Made by a program: the position numbers and the translations under genes
Shown here: positions 30,470 through 39,259 of the stretch, piece after piece
Position numbering within the stretch: the first letter of the stretch is position 1
Layout of the letters: each line of letters opens with the position of its first letter
Virus record (IMG/VR): IMGVR_UViG_3300028558_000001
Coordinates: 96,001-160,000 of that record
Length of the DNA: 64,000 nucleotides
Source: a virus
Reading direction: 5' to 3' (one strand)
The notes under the pieces: generated by a model
The model's database searches: none
What the model was told of the DNA's origin: nothing
Seen by the model: only the letters and a program-made list of their open reading frames with translations

Positions 30470-30961
30470 TCACCCTTTGCGGTTAAATCGAATTACTTCG
30501 ATTTCATTAATTCCCTCTGATTCTTGGGGATATTCATAACTATACCGCATCCGCTTCTGAACGTCAAGTGGAATATTTTTTCCGGGGCGGGAATTTAAGT
30601 TGATTTCTAAATCTTCGCCAGAGATTTCAAAAACAACTGCCTTAATATAGTGAGTATTCCGTAACTTGTCAATTGTCTTTTTTCTAGACTTTGGGGAAAG
30701 ATTCGTCCGATCTACAACAACGTTAACGCGCAAATCTACGGCGTAGTCGATACAGCTATTGAAATGACCTTCTGCGTCCTTAATGAAATCTTTAAACACG
30801 TCAGAATACGTTAGGCCATTCCGAAGGGCGATATAGTCAATATAATCATCAGAGGAAGCCTGAACATAAAAATCAGGGAGGGAAGCCCTATATGTTGACT
30901 TTCCAGAACCCGGCATTCCAATCAATAATAAAGCTACTGGTTTAACAGTTAAATCTGCCAC
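30470..30961 (-). CDS. P-loop kinase (polynucleotide kinase / AAA_33-like)
   Basis: GMPGSGKST, SSDD, VVDRTNL...R. Confidence 0.8.
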   Translation of the reverse strand: MADLTVKPVALLLIGMPGSGKSTYRASLPDFYVQASSDDYIDYIALRNGLTYSDVFKDFIKDAEGHFNSCIDYAVDLRVNVVVDRTNLSPKSRKKTIDKLRNTHYIKAVVFEISGEDLEINLNSRPGKNIPLDVQKRMRYSYEYPQESEGINEIEVIRFNRKG

Positions 30962-31172
30962 TTAAAAATCCTTTCAAAGATATTTGCTTTCTCAAATAGT
31001 TTTCTTTCTGATCCACATTTACTGAATTGAAAAATAGGATTAGTCTCAACATCACAATATCCTACAATGACATGTGATTGAGAAGTAACAATAGTATTAC
31101 CACATTTATCAAATCTACCAGAGAATGGAGAAATCACTGATTTAAAACAAAACTTACATTCACGACACGTCA

Positions 31173-31715
31173 TTAAACTTCTCCCAATACTTCATCAAGA
31201 ATATCATCATATGTGAAAAGGCTTTGATAATTAGCCAGATTATAAACTTTAATTCCCCTCAGAGAGGCAATAGAAATAGCCATACCAGTTCCCCCGGTAT
31301 CTCTAGTTCTTTGGGAATCATGCTCACAACCATCTTTCGTATAACATATAACAAATCGCGAGGGGGAAGTCAAGTCAAATCCCAATACTTGATAGACATT
31401 CCGAGCCATTAATTTCTTAGCGGCTCCTGATAATCTATCCCATACAGGATGATGTTTAGATGCAATCTCCATAGCGCCCATAGACACTACTTGAAACTGT
31501 GATTTGTTTCCATTAAAATTCTTCCAAGGTAGAAAAATTTCCTTATTGCTACTTCCTCTTTCAAAGGCGGTATCCGCACCATCTGCGCCACCAGAACGAA
31601 GGGTAAACCCATGATGGTTTAATTCCTTGGCAATTTTAGTCATTTGTCTTAGGATACGATCAGGAGTTTCCCTTGACCCAATACCAGTATAAGGAAGATA
31701 CATATTACTCTCCAA
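31173..31715 (-). CDS. SLOG/DprA-like nucleotide-binding protein
   Basis: YTGIGSRETP, LRSGGADGAD, GGTGMAI. Confidence 0.8.
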   Translation of the reverse strand: MESNMYLPYTGIGSRETPDRILRQMTKIAKELNHHGFTLRSGGADGADTAFERGSSNKEIFLPWKNFNGNKSQFQVVSMGAMEIASKHHPVWDRLSGAAKKLMARNVYQVLGFDLTSPSRFVICYTKDGCEHDSQRTRDTGGTGMAISIASLRGIKVYNLANYQSLFTYDDILDEVLGEV

Positions 31716-31847
31716 TTAAATTAGTAATAATAACTTTCCAATCATAGCCACTTGCGATTCCTTCATTAGTTACATATCCATCATAACCAATGCGTTTGGC
31801 GATAGTTAGCGCCTTCATAGCTGTTTTAAAATTACCAAATATGTACA

Positions 31848-32108
31848 TTACTTCTTTTCCTTGTATTTGATAATCATAATCAACCAAATTAGGTTAGTCC
31901 CGAACATAACAATTGCGGCGGAAGCCGACCAGTATTGGTGTAGAGTTGGATAATAGAAGCAATTCCAAAGTCCCCATATTGTAAAGAAGATTGGACTAAT
32001 CCAATGAACTCCAACAATAAGCTTCTTTGAGAATGCTTCAAGTAATGTAGGAACAAGGAATACTGCTCCAAGTAATTCTAGGGCAGCATTGATTTGATCG
32101 GAAGTCAT
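31848..32108 (-). CDS. three-TM membrane protein (PQ-loop-like)
   Basis: three hydrophobic helices. Confidence 0.5.
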   Translation of the reverse strand: MTSDQINAALELLGAVFLVPTLLEAFSKKLIVGVHWISPIFFTIWGLWNCFYYPTLHQYWSASAAIVMFGTNLIWLIMIIKYKEKK

Positions 32109-32256
32109 TTAAGCTTCTCTATTAGAGTGAGATAATTACCATATGCCATAACGCCCATTAAAATAGTGAAAAACAGATTTAGTAGTGAATTAGCTAATAG
32201 GCAAGCAGCTAGATTAGCTCCAGCTAAAAACATATCAACCATAATCCAAAATAGTT

Positions 32257-32667
32257 CTATAGGCATTCCACGGTTCCTTCCTCAGTTGTGTAGTAAATAG
32301 TTTTGATATTAAAAGCTGCGAGAGCGCGAGTGCATCCCTCACAAGGTTTGACCATCCCATAACCGAATGGAGAATGCTTATTCAGTTTCTTGGCTCTGGC
32401 TATATAGATAGTGGATTTAGACAAATCAGAAACACTAATACGCTTAAGAGCCTTCACGATAGCATCGTTCTCGGCATGAAGAATGATGGAATCAGGGTGT
32501 TTGCAAAACCTTTTCTGAAAGGGATGAGTCTTATTTTTATTACGACCAATCGAAATGATTTTGTTTTTAAAAACAATTGCAGCCGTGATACGAGCGCCGC
32601 AAACAGGCACCATTTCAGATGCCTCATCAAAAAGAAGGTCCATAACGGATTGATTATAGGAAGCCAT
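32257..32667 (-). CDS. zinc-dependent cytidine/dCMP deaminase family protein
   Basis: HAE and KPCEGC motifs. Confidence 0.85.
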   Translation of the reverse strand: MASYNQSVMDLLFDEASEMVPVCGARITAAIVFKNKIISIGRNKNKTHPFQKRFCKHPDSIILHAENDAIVKALKRISVSDLSKSTIYIARAKKLNKHSPFGYGMVKPCEGCTRALAAFNIKTIYYTTEEGTVECL

Positions 32668-33182
32668 TTTGCGCCTCCTATCAATACATTACTTTTTGGG
32701 AATCCTTTGTTGGAGGGTCATTATCTTTGATAACGATTTCGGAAAACGGCGACAAGTAGGATTTATTGAATACCAATTCATTCCAAGAAAACATTCCAAA
32801 AACTCTCCATATATGTGAAGGGGTACGCCTTTCGATGTACCCCTTCTAGGTGATTCTACTCAGACCGTCAACCAGACAGTCACGGTCTTGTGAACATTAT
32901 TTAGAGAAAGAAGTGCCAGACTGCTAGAACTAGAACTACTACGACACCAACACCAGCAGCCAAGACTTCTAAATTAGTGAGCTTAACTCCCTTAGCAGAA
33001 GCAGCGGCGATAACCGTATCCTCTACCTTAGTTGCAACTGTAGAAACCGCTTCTCCAACGGCTGGAGCTTTGGAGACTACATTTGCTGCTACTGTCTTGA
33101 CAGTATCCTCTACTGAGGTTGTGACTGCGATAACTGTATTTGCTAACTTTGACTTTGACTTTGCCATTTAATTTTCCTTTAA

Positions 33183-33317
33183 TTATGGACGGCCTTGGCC
33201 GCGATATGGTTTGAAACTTCTCTTCTTGCTCTTATTCTTAGGGCGAGAATTAGGTGAATCTCCATCAGAAGTCTTACGATGACTCTGTGAATTTAACTTC
33301 TTTGTCTGTGCTGCCAT
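33183..33317 (-). CDS. small basic protein (KPYRGQG family, 44 aa, absent from ORF track)
   Basis: MAAQTKK...RKTSDG...NKSKKRSFKPYRGQGRP. Confidence 0.6.
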   Translation of the reverse strand: MAAQTKKLNSQSHRKTSDGDSPNSRPKNKSKKRSFKPYRGQGRP

Positions 33318-33667
33318 TATTTAGTTTCCTTTCGATCTTTATTAGAATACTTGATTGATTCATATCTTGGACGCATACATTGATTTCTTACATCATCATA
33401 AAAATCTTGTAATGGACCCTTTACTTTATATGCAAGTCGTCCACCAAAATAAACATATGCATATTCATAATCATTAATTACTACTACATATGACGTAGTA
33501 ATTGCTTGTCCACCAATGCCGCCAAATCCTAAAGTAGTGTCAGAAAAAGCTTGAGGGAACATAGTTACCGTTACATCATAATATGTCATGTTTCGGTTTT
33601 CAGGTTGTTCAAAATAATGTAGTAATGCATTTTCTAAACATACTTTAGGATCAATCATAATCTAACC

Positions 33668-34348
33668 TTACTTAAATGTGACTAGTGGATACTGCTTTAG
33701 TTCTTCTCTCTTGTACCAAGGAACAGGATTGATTGCAGATGCAATAATCTTATTACCAATATCTGGTTCAACGAAATGATGAAATTCAAACTTATTATGA
33801 AATGTTTCTAAATCTTTAGCTGAAACCAAGGAAGGACGATGGACGACCTGAAAATAGATTTCGTGTGGATTAAGGTTAGCAGCCATGTTCTTCCCGGCTA
33901 CCATTGCAGCATGAGTTGCTTGAACCATTGCATATTCTGGTGAAACTGTTTCAGTATCGACAAAAATATAGCAATAGTGGCGGTCTAACTTGTTTACATC
34001 GTAGTTATAGAGAGCTATAACTAGCTCTCTATATTTTTCAAATTCTTCTGGTGTATCGAAGAAATCTTGTGCCGGAACACCAAAGATAACATGCTTTTCT
34101 CCGTCCTTCCAAGTAACATACTTATTAAGTATATATAAAGCATGTTCAAGAGCCTGATATGGCTTTGCACCGCTGTTTAACTTATTTGGATTACGGATTG
34201 GCGTAAATGCCTTTGATAAGAAGATTTTAGTTAGTTCAAACTTATCTTCTGTCTTAGCGGAGAGAGCCTTGACGATGCAGTAATTAACAACATCAATAGC
34301 AACCATGTTATTGTTTAGGGTCTTCCAGATTGTCTTATAGTTTTTCAT
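33668..34348 (-). CDS. peptidyl-tRNA hydrolase type 2-like protein with N-terminal extension
   Basis: C-terminal YIFV...PEYAMVQATHAA...FVEPDIGNKIIASA resembles the Pth2 Q..HA and D motifs. Confidence 0.6.
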   Translation of the reverse strand: MKNYKTIWKTLNNNMVAIDVVNYCIVKALSAKTEDKFELTKIFLSKAFTPIRNPNKLNSGAKPYQALEHALYILNKYVTWKDGEKHVIFGVPAQDFFDTPEEFEKYRELVIALYNYDVNKLDRHYCYIFVDTETVSPEYAMVQATHAAMVAGKNMAANLNPHEIYFQVVHRPSLVSAKDLETFHNKFEFHHFVEPDIGNKIIASAINPVPWYKREELKQYPLVTFK

Positions 34349-34402
34349 TTTAATTTTCCTTTTGATCGTTTTACATTGAGTTTATAAATTTATTCCACTT
34401 GA

Positions 34403-34456
34403 TCAGAAGGGAGGGCCGGTACTAAGCTAGAATAAGATAATTTCCTTATAATTCAT
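34403..34456 (-). promoter_or_regulatory. leader ORF MNYKEIILF-amber-LSTGPPF-opal with anti-SD segment
   Basis: AAAGGA SD, ATG 34456, TAG 34429-34427, TGA 34405-34403; CCTTCTGATC (34410-34401) pairs with GATCAAAAGG (34367-34358). Confidence 0.6.
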
Positions 34457-34461
34457 TTGCT

Positions 34462-34653
34462 TTATCCTTTCTTTACTTCGAAGGGTTTATAGGTTGTTTC
34501 GATAGTTTTTACTAACCTACCTGAACCATTACATGCTTTACATGGTTCAGTATGTGTTTCATAGTCATTCTTATGGTAATCAACAAGCTCATCCCATTGA
34601 ATGACTCCTTCACCAGAACATTTTACACATAGAATTAATTCTACTTTCTTCAT
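34462..34653 (-). CDS. small DnaJ-type zinc-finger protein
   Basis: CVKCSGEG...CKACNGSG. Confidence 0.7.
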   Translation of the reverse strand: MKKVELILCVKCSGEGVIQWDELVDYHKNDYETHTEPCKACNGSGRLVKTIETTYKPFEVKKG

Positions 34654-34874
34654 TACATCATCACCTATTATTTATAGTAAATGAAGGTTCTTTTACGGGT
34701 GAAACCTACAATATCCCTAAAGGTTCTTTCTGTAAGAAGGTGAATCCTATAATATCCTCGTTTAGTTCGGAACTTGACTAAATGCAACCTATGGTTAGGA
34801 TTTATCGAGTCTCTCAGCACTTTATTGTCATTCACAGGAAGTAACCATTTAATTTTCCTGTTAGTTCCGAATTC

Positions 34875-34950
34875 TGGCGGCGGCGAGGGGGATCGAACCC
34901 CTGACCAAGAATTTTAGAGATTCCTGCTCTACCATCTGAGCTACGCCGCC
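34875..34950 (-). tRNA. amber suppressor tRNA (anticodon CTA)
   Basis: GGCGGCG/CGCCGCC acceptor, GGAAT-CTCTAAA-ATTCT anticodon arm, TTCGATC T-loop, G73, CCA. Confidence 0.9.
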
Positions 34951-35279
34951 TAAACTTTAATTATTACAGATATAAACTCTGGACTTATGAGCATGACTAG
35001 TTTTAATAGCTGATGCCCTGAATTCATTTGTTGGAGTTAATGTACCAAAACGAATTAGTGAATTAATTGCAGCACCCCATGAATTATAATGCTTTGGTGG
35101 AGCATAGCCAGCACCTAGATATAAGATACGAATATCTTCTCCAGTAATAGATGCTCCAGAAGATACATTATTCTCAATATACTCTCTTAGAGTAACTACC
35201 CATGACTTATTGTTTTCATTGATAGTATTTAAAATCTGTTCCTTTAAAATCTGACCTTCACTTTGCATTATATTACCTT

Positions 35280-35792
35280 TCACTTAAAGAATGAGTCTGA
35301 GATTGACTGTAGACGCTTTGAAGACCAAGCATATACTGTATCAAAGATAATTCGAATTGGATCGTTTAGGAGGGTCCATGCGGCTGAGAAAGGCCATAGG
35401 GAGAACCATGTGAGAAGTTCTGACTTCCACTCAGACACCTTAAATGGGATACTCTTTGAGCTTCCATTATAGTAATAGCGATTTCCTACATCTTTACCAT
35501 TCCAAAGAGCTTTATCATTTGATGCACGATGAGCAACGAAAGCCCACTTGACATACATGTAAACAAAACCAACTAGGAAATAAGCACCAGTAATCCAGAT
35601 AGCCTTGAGTGGATCATTTACGATAAATGATAGTGGCTGGTAGCTTGAGAACAACTGGAAACCAGTTAGTAAACCACCAATAATAAAACCAGCAAGAACA
35701 CCATGATTGTTCTCAGCTAGGGCGGCGAACAGACCGAAGGCAAGTAAAGCTAAAGGCCAGAGTAGCCATGAAGCAAAAATAAAATCTAACAT
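35280..35792 (-). CDS. multi-pass membrane protein
   Basis: several TM helices, WPFS..W motif. Confidence 0.7.
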   Translation of the reverse strand: MLDFIFASWLLWPLALLAFGLFAALAENNHGVLAGFIIGGLLTGFQLFSSYQPLSFIVNDPLKAIWITGAYFLVGFVYMYVKWAFVAHRASNDKALWNGKDVGNRYYYNGSSKSIPFKVSEWKSELLTWFSLWPFSAAWTLLNDPIRIIFDTVYAWSSKRLQSISDSFFK

Positions 35793-36686
35793 AATTTAAT
35801 CTCCTTATGAGTTTTGAGAATCAAGTTCTTTCCTAATCCATCGCATGAATAGCATTGCTTTATCTTCAATAAAGATAAAGAATGTCGCATCGCCAGTATC
35901 AGAAACAGGTACGCGGAAAACAAGGCCATTCTGGCACTGGTAATATAGTTCTTCCTTACGATAATAAAGGAAGAATACGTTACCCTTTACACAGTCTTTA
36001 AGATCATACTTAGTCATTATTAACTCCTAAAATATTTGTTATCAACAACAGGAGTAAAATAATTAAGTGCTGTTGGATGATTGTTGGCCGCTGCTTGGAG
36101 CGAAGCAATTTCTTTAAGTAAGACTGCTTCAATAGTTTGAAGATGAGAGATAATCCTTTGAAACCTATTATAGGTATCAATGTCAGTTACCGTAGTTGTG
36201 GCAATCTGCTCTCTTTCCGATCTAACCCAAGTAATAACTTCATTTAAGTCTTCTGTCATAACAATCCTTTAACATCATAGAAGTAAAACCCAAGATGAAT
36301 AGTAACACGCCGATACTATCCAAGTCAAGCATTTTTAATCCTCTTACATAAAGTTTTAGCATACTCAGTTGTGAAATTTGGTTTAATAGCTAGTTTTGCA
36401 ATCCACGGTTGGGGATTGTTACATTCTAGAGAATTAGAGAACTCTGGACTTTCATACATCATTAAATTTGCTGATTCTGTACAATCATTTGGAGAAGTAC
36501 CTAAAGAACAAATTAATACAATCACTTTAAACATTATCTAGTCCTTTCATAAGTTATCATAGTAGGATTCCCGATTCTCCACCTACTCTAATATGTTTCT
36601 ATACTTCACAGTATAGAAACTCTCAGGGAGAGCTAGTACCGCATATTGTGCTTTTTGTTGATCGTCTACTTACACTATATGATAAT

Positions 36687-36764
36687 TGGCAGGGGAATAC
36701 GGATTCGAACCGTAGATCGGAGTTTTGGAGACTCCTGCTTTAGGCCAGACTAAGCTATACCCCA
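36687..36764 (-). tRNA. tRNA-Trp(CCA)
   Basis: GGAGT-CTCCAAA-ACTCC, CCA end. Confidence 0.88.
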
Positions 36765-37286
36765 TCAATAACTTATTTAACTAACTGTGCGTACTTAAAC
36801 TTACTTGTTACGTTTTCAATTTCCATTGGAATGAAGTAAACTTCATAACTATCAAATACACGACAGAAATTAAATATATCAAGATAATACTGATCTTCGG
36901 GCCATCCTAAAACAGTATCACAAAGCCAATCATATAAAATTGAATATTCATCATAATCATCTTCATTGACTTCATCAAAAGCACTAATAGATTCAGTTAG
37001 GTATTCATTCTTTACAAAAGGTGAAAGAACATCTTTATATTTATCATAAAGTTCTTTTACAGTAGTATCTAATAAATGGGAATTAACTCCATTATTACCT
37101 AGGCCGGGATCATCCCAATTATTCTTTGATTTAAACTTTGATGCTAATTCAATAAGAAAAATAACATCAGCTTCCTCTAATCCAGAAATAACTTGTGTTT
37201 TACATGCATCTAAATCATTTTCCCAAGTCTTGATATGTAACTGATAACCAGCAGGAATATTCATGTCACTTCCTTTCATAATAAAA

Positions 37287-37363
37287 TGGTTGTTCTAACT
37301 GGATTTGAACCAATATCTAACGATTATCAATCGCTTGCTCTAACCAGATTGAGCTATAGAACA
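37287..37363 (-). tRNA. tRNA-Ile(GAT)
   Basis: AGCGA-TTGATAA-TCGTT, CCA. Confidence 0.88.
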
Positions 37364-37651
37364 TTAACCGTACATCTTTTTTAAACGTTCATACACTGGA
37401 TCAAGTATATATTCTGGAAAATCTTTAAGAAATCGTTCCATACAGGAGGGGATGGAAGTAAAGTTTAAACATAATCCTACATCAGAAGTAACAGCAAAAT
37501 TAAAGTTTTCTAAACTAATATTAACTGCACCATAATAATATAAACTAACTATTAGATTACCTAGTTTATCTCTACTTTCAGCATCATTCTTAATTCCAGT
37601 ATAAATTTTATATGTTTGAAAATCAAATAAACTCATATCATATCCTTAAAA

Positions 37652-37727
37652 TGGTAGAGAATGACGGAATCGAACCGCCTCAATAGAAGGGTGTAAACCT
37701 ACTGCCGTCCCATCTGGCTCATTCTCC
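37652..37727 (-). tRNA. tRNA-Val(TAC)
   Basis: loop TTTACAC, CCA; one mismatch in anticodon stem. Confidence 0.78.
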
Positions 37728-37902
37728 TTATTCTTTACTGCCATACATGAAAAGTCCCATCTGGATATTTTATCGCAAATGATGCTTGTCCTGCATGGTC
37801 TTCGACAAATTTAAGAGCTTCTTCTAAAGAATCAAATACACATTCTTTAGAACCGCCTTGACCCTGTGATACCCATAACTCATACATAATTTATCCTTAA
37901 TA

Positions 37903-37990
37903 TGGCGGAAGATATAGGATTCGAACCTATGGAACCAGAAGGTTCGCTTCTTTAGCAAAGAAGTGGTTTAAACCGCTCACCCAATCTCCC
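37903..37990 (-). tRNA. tRNA-Ser(GCT)
   Basis: CTTCT-TTGCTAA-AGAAG, long variable arm, GCCA. Confidence 0.9.
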
Positions 37991-37995
37991 ATAAC

Positions 37996-38070
37996 TGGAA
38001 CTAATGTCAGGATTTGAACCTAACCTAACTGATCCACAATCAGTTGTGCTGACCACTACACTACACTAGC
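37996..38070 (-). tRNA. tRNA-His(GTG)
   Basis: ACTGA-TTGTGGA-TCAGT, CCA. Confidence 0.85.
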
Positions 38071-38076
38071 AAATAT

Positions 38077-38172
38077 TGGCCAACCAAATTAACGTCTAGC
38101 TTACTTATTCAGTTCTCTTTCAAACCTACTACAAGAGCGGCTTGCGGCCTTTGTCTCGTTAATCTAGTAGAC
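38077..38172 (-). ncRNA. putative structured ncRNA ending in CCA
   Basis: about 16-bp terminal stem plus internal hairpins between tRNA-Ser and tRNA-His. Confidence 0.5.
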
Positions 38173-38264
38173 TGGCGGATAGGGTAGGATTCGAACCCAC
38201 GGAACCCTTTCAGGTTCGACGGTTTTCAAGACCGTTGCAATAATCCAGACTCTGCCACCTATCC
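38173..38264 (-). tRNA. tRNA-Ser(TGA)
   Basis: ACGGT-CTTGAAA-ACCGT, long variable arm, GCCA. Confidence 0.92.
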
Positions 38265-38435
38265 AATTCTTTTAACTCTTACTTAAAATACAACCTTAAC
38301 AAAACTAATTACAATCACCATAAAGATAACACCAGAAAGAAATCCTGCCGGTGCCGCCCCAAGAGGACTAGATGGACCAAGAAAATGCTCAATACTAACA
38401 ATAGTTTCCATCACATAATTCCTTTCATAACAAAA

Positions 38436-38511
38436 TGGTGCTGCGAAACGGATTCGAACCGATATTCTCCTGAGTGAAAGTCAGGTTTCCTAGCCATTAG
38501 AAGACCGCAGC
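38436..38511 (-). tRNA. tRNA-Glu(TTC)
   Basis: CCTGA-CTTTCAC-TCAGG, CCA. Confidence 0.88.
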
Positions 38512-38517
38512 AATTCT

Positions 38518-38868
38518 TTAATTCAAAACTTCAATCTTTAGATTACCAACTCCATCAAAACCAAGAGCCTTTCGGCCACCATAGGTTAGATCAAGTTCAA
38601 CGCCTTTTCGAAACGGACCACGATCTAGAACCGTTACTTGGAGTGTACGGCCATTCCGCACATTTGTCAACAGCAACTTGGTCCCAAACGGGAAGTGTTT
38701 ATGGGCTGCAATATGTGGATCATAAGCATTAAATGCTTTACCCGAAGCAGTACGATGAGAGCAACCATCCCCGATACCGTACCACGTTGCCTTACCATAA
38801 TAAACTCTATTGGCATATGCCGGTGAAGTTAAAAGAAGCGATAAAGCAATTATTAGAATGTTCTTCAT
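38518..38868 (-). CDS. RlpA-like (double-psi beta-barrel) lytic transglycosylase
   Basis: signal peptide, GKATWYG, TASG, AAHKHFPFGT, VLDRGPF, LDLT. Confidence 0.88.
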   Translation of the reverse strand: MKNILIIALSLLLTSPAYANRVYYGKATWYGIGDGCSHRTASGKAFNAYDPHIAAHKHFPFGTKLLLTNVRNGRTLQVTVLDRGPFRKGVELDLTYGGRKALGFDGVGNLKIEVLN

Positions 38869-38937
38869 TTGAAAAACTCCTTGTTAAAGGGAGTTGACTG
38901 TTCCTCTTACCATCGAGTCACAGACAATCCTGTTAAA

Positions 38938-39077
38938 TGGTCAAGTGTGATAGGGATCGAACCTATATTTCCTCTAGTTAAACGTTGTCATATATTCCGG
39001 TTTCAAACAACGATGTTACTAACCATTGGAACTCCCGTTCTTTCGGCGGGGGTGTTTTCCATTTCACCACACACTTA
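38938..39077 (-). ncRNA. tRNA-like RNA (140 nt) with large insert replacing the anticodon arm
   Basis: TAAGTGTG/CACACTTG acceptor + ACCA, D arm GGTG..CACC, T arm ATAGG-TTCGATC-CCTAT. Confidence 0.65.
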
Positions 39078-39082
39078 TTTGT

Positions 39083-39153
39083 ATCGGCATCCTATCAATT
39101 AGACGACTCGGGGGATTGTCCCCCAAGACTGGATTTGAACCAGTATCTCCGAT
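39083..39153 (-). ncRNA. circularly permuted tRNA-like module (YrlA-type topology)
   Basis: order ATCGG, T arm, acceptor 3' strand, loop, acceptor 5' strand, D arm, CCGAT. Confidence 0.65.
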
Positions 39154-39183
39154 TCTTTTGATACCAAGTTTCCTTGGTATAAA

Positions 39184-39259
39184 TGGTGGACCTGACAGGA
39201 ATCGAACCCGCGACCTAGTGCTTGCAAAGCACCCGCTCTCCCTACTGAGCTACAAGCCC
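39184..39259 (-). tRNA. tRNA-Ala(TGC)
   Basis: loop TTTGCAA, G3.U70, CCA. Confidence 0.92.

Noticed and set aside
34683-34759. CRISPR mini-array
   Set aside because: Only two imperfect adjacent units, no spacers, no cas genes
38938-39077. tmRNA or group I intron-containing tRNA
   Set aside because: Insert is only about 80 nt, with no tag reading frame or P/Q/R/S core recognisable
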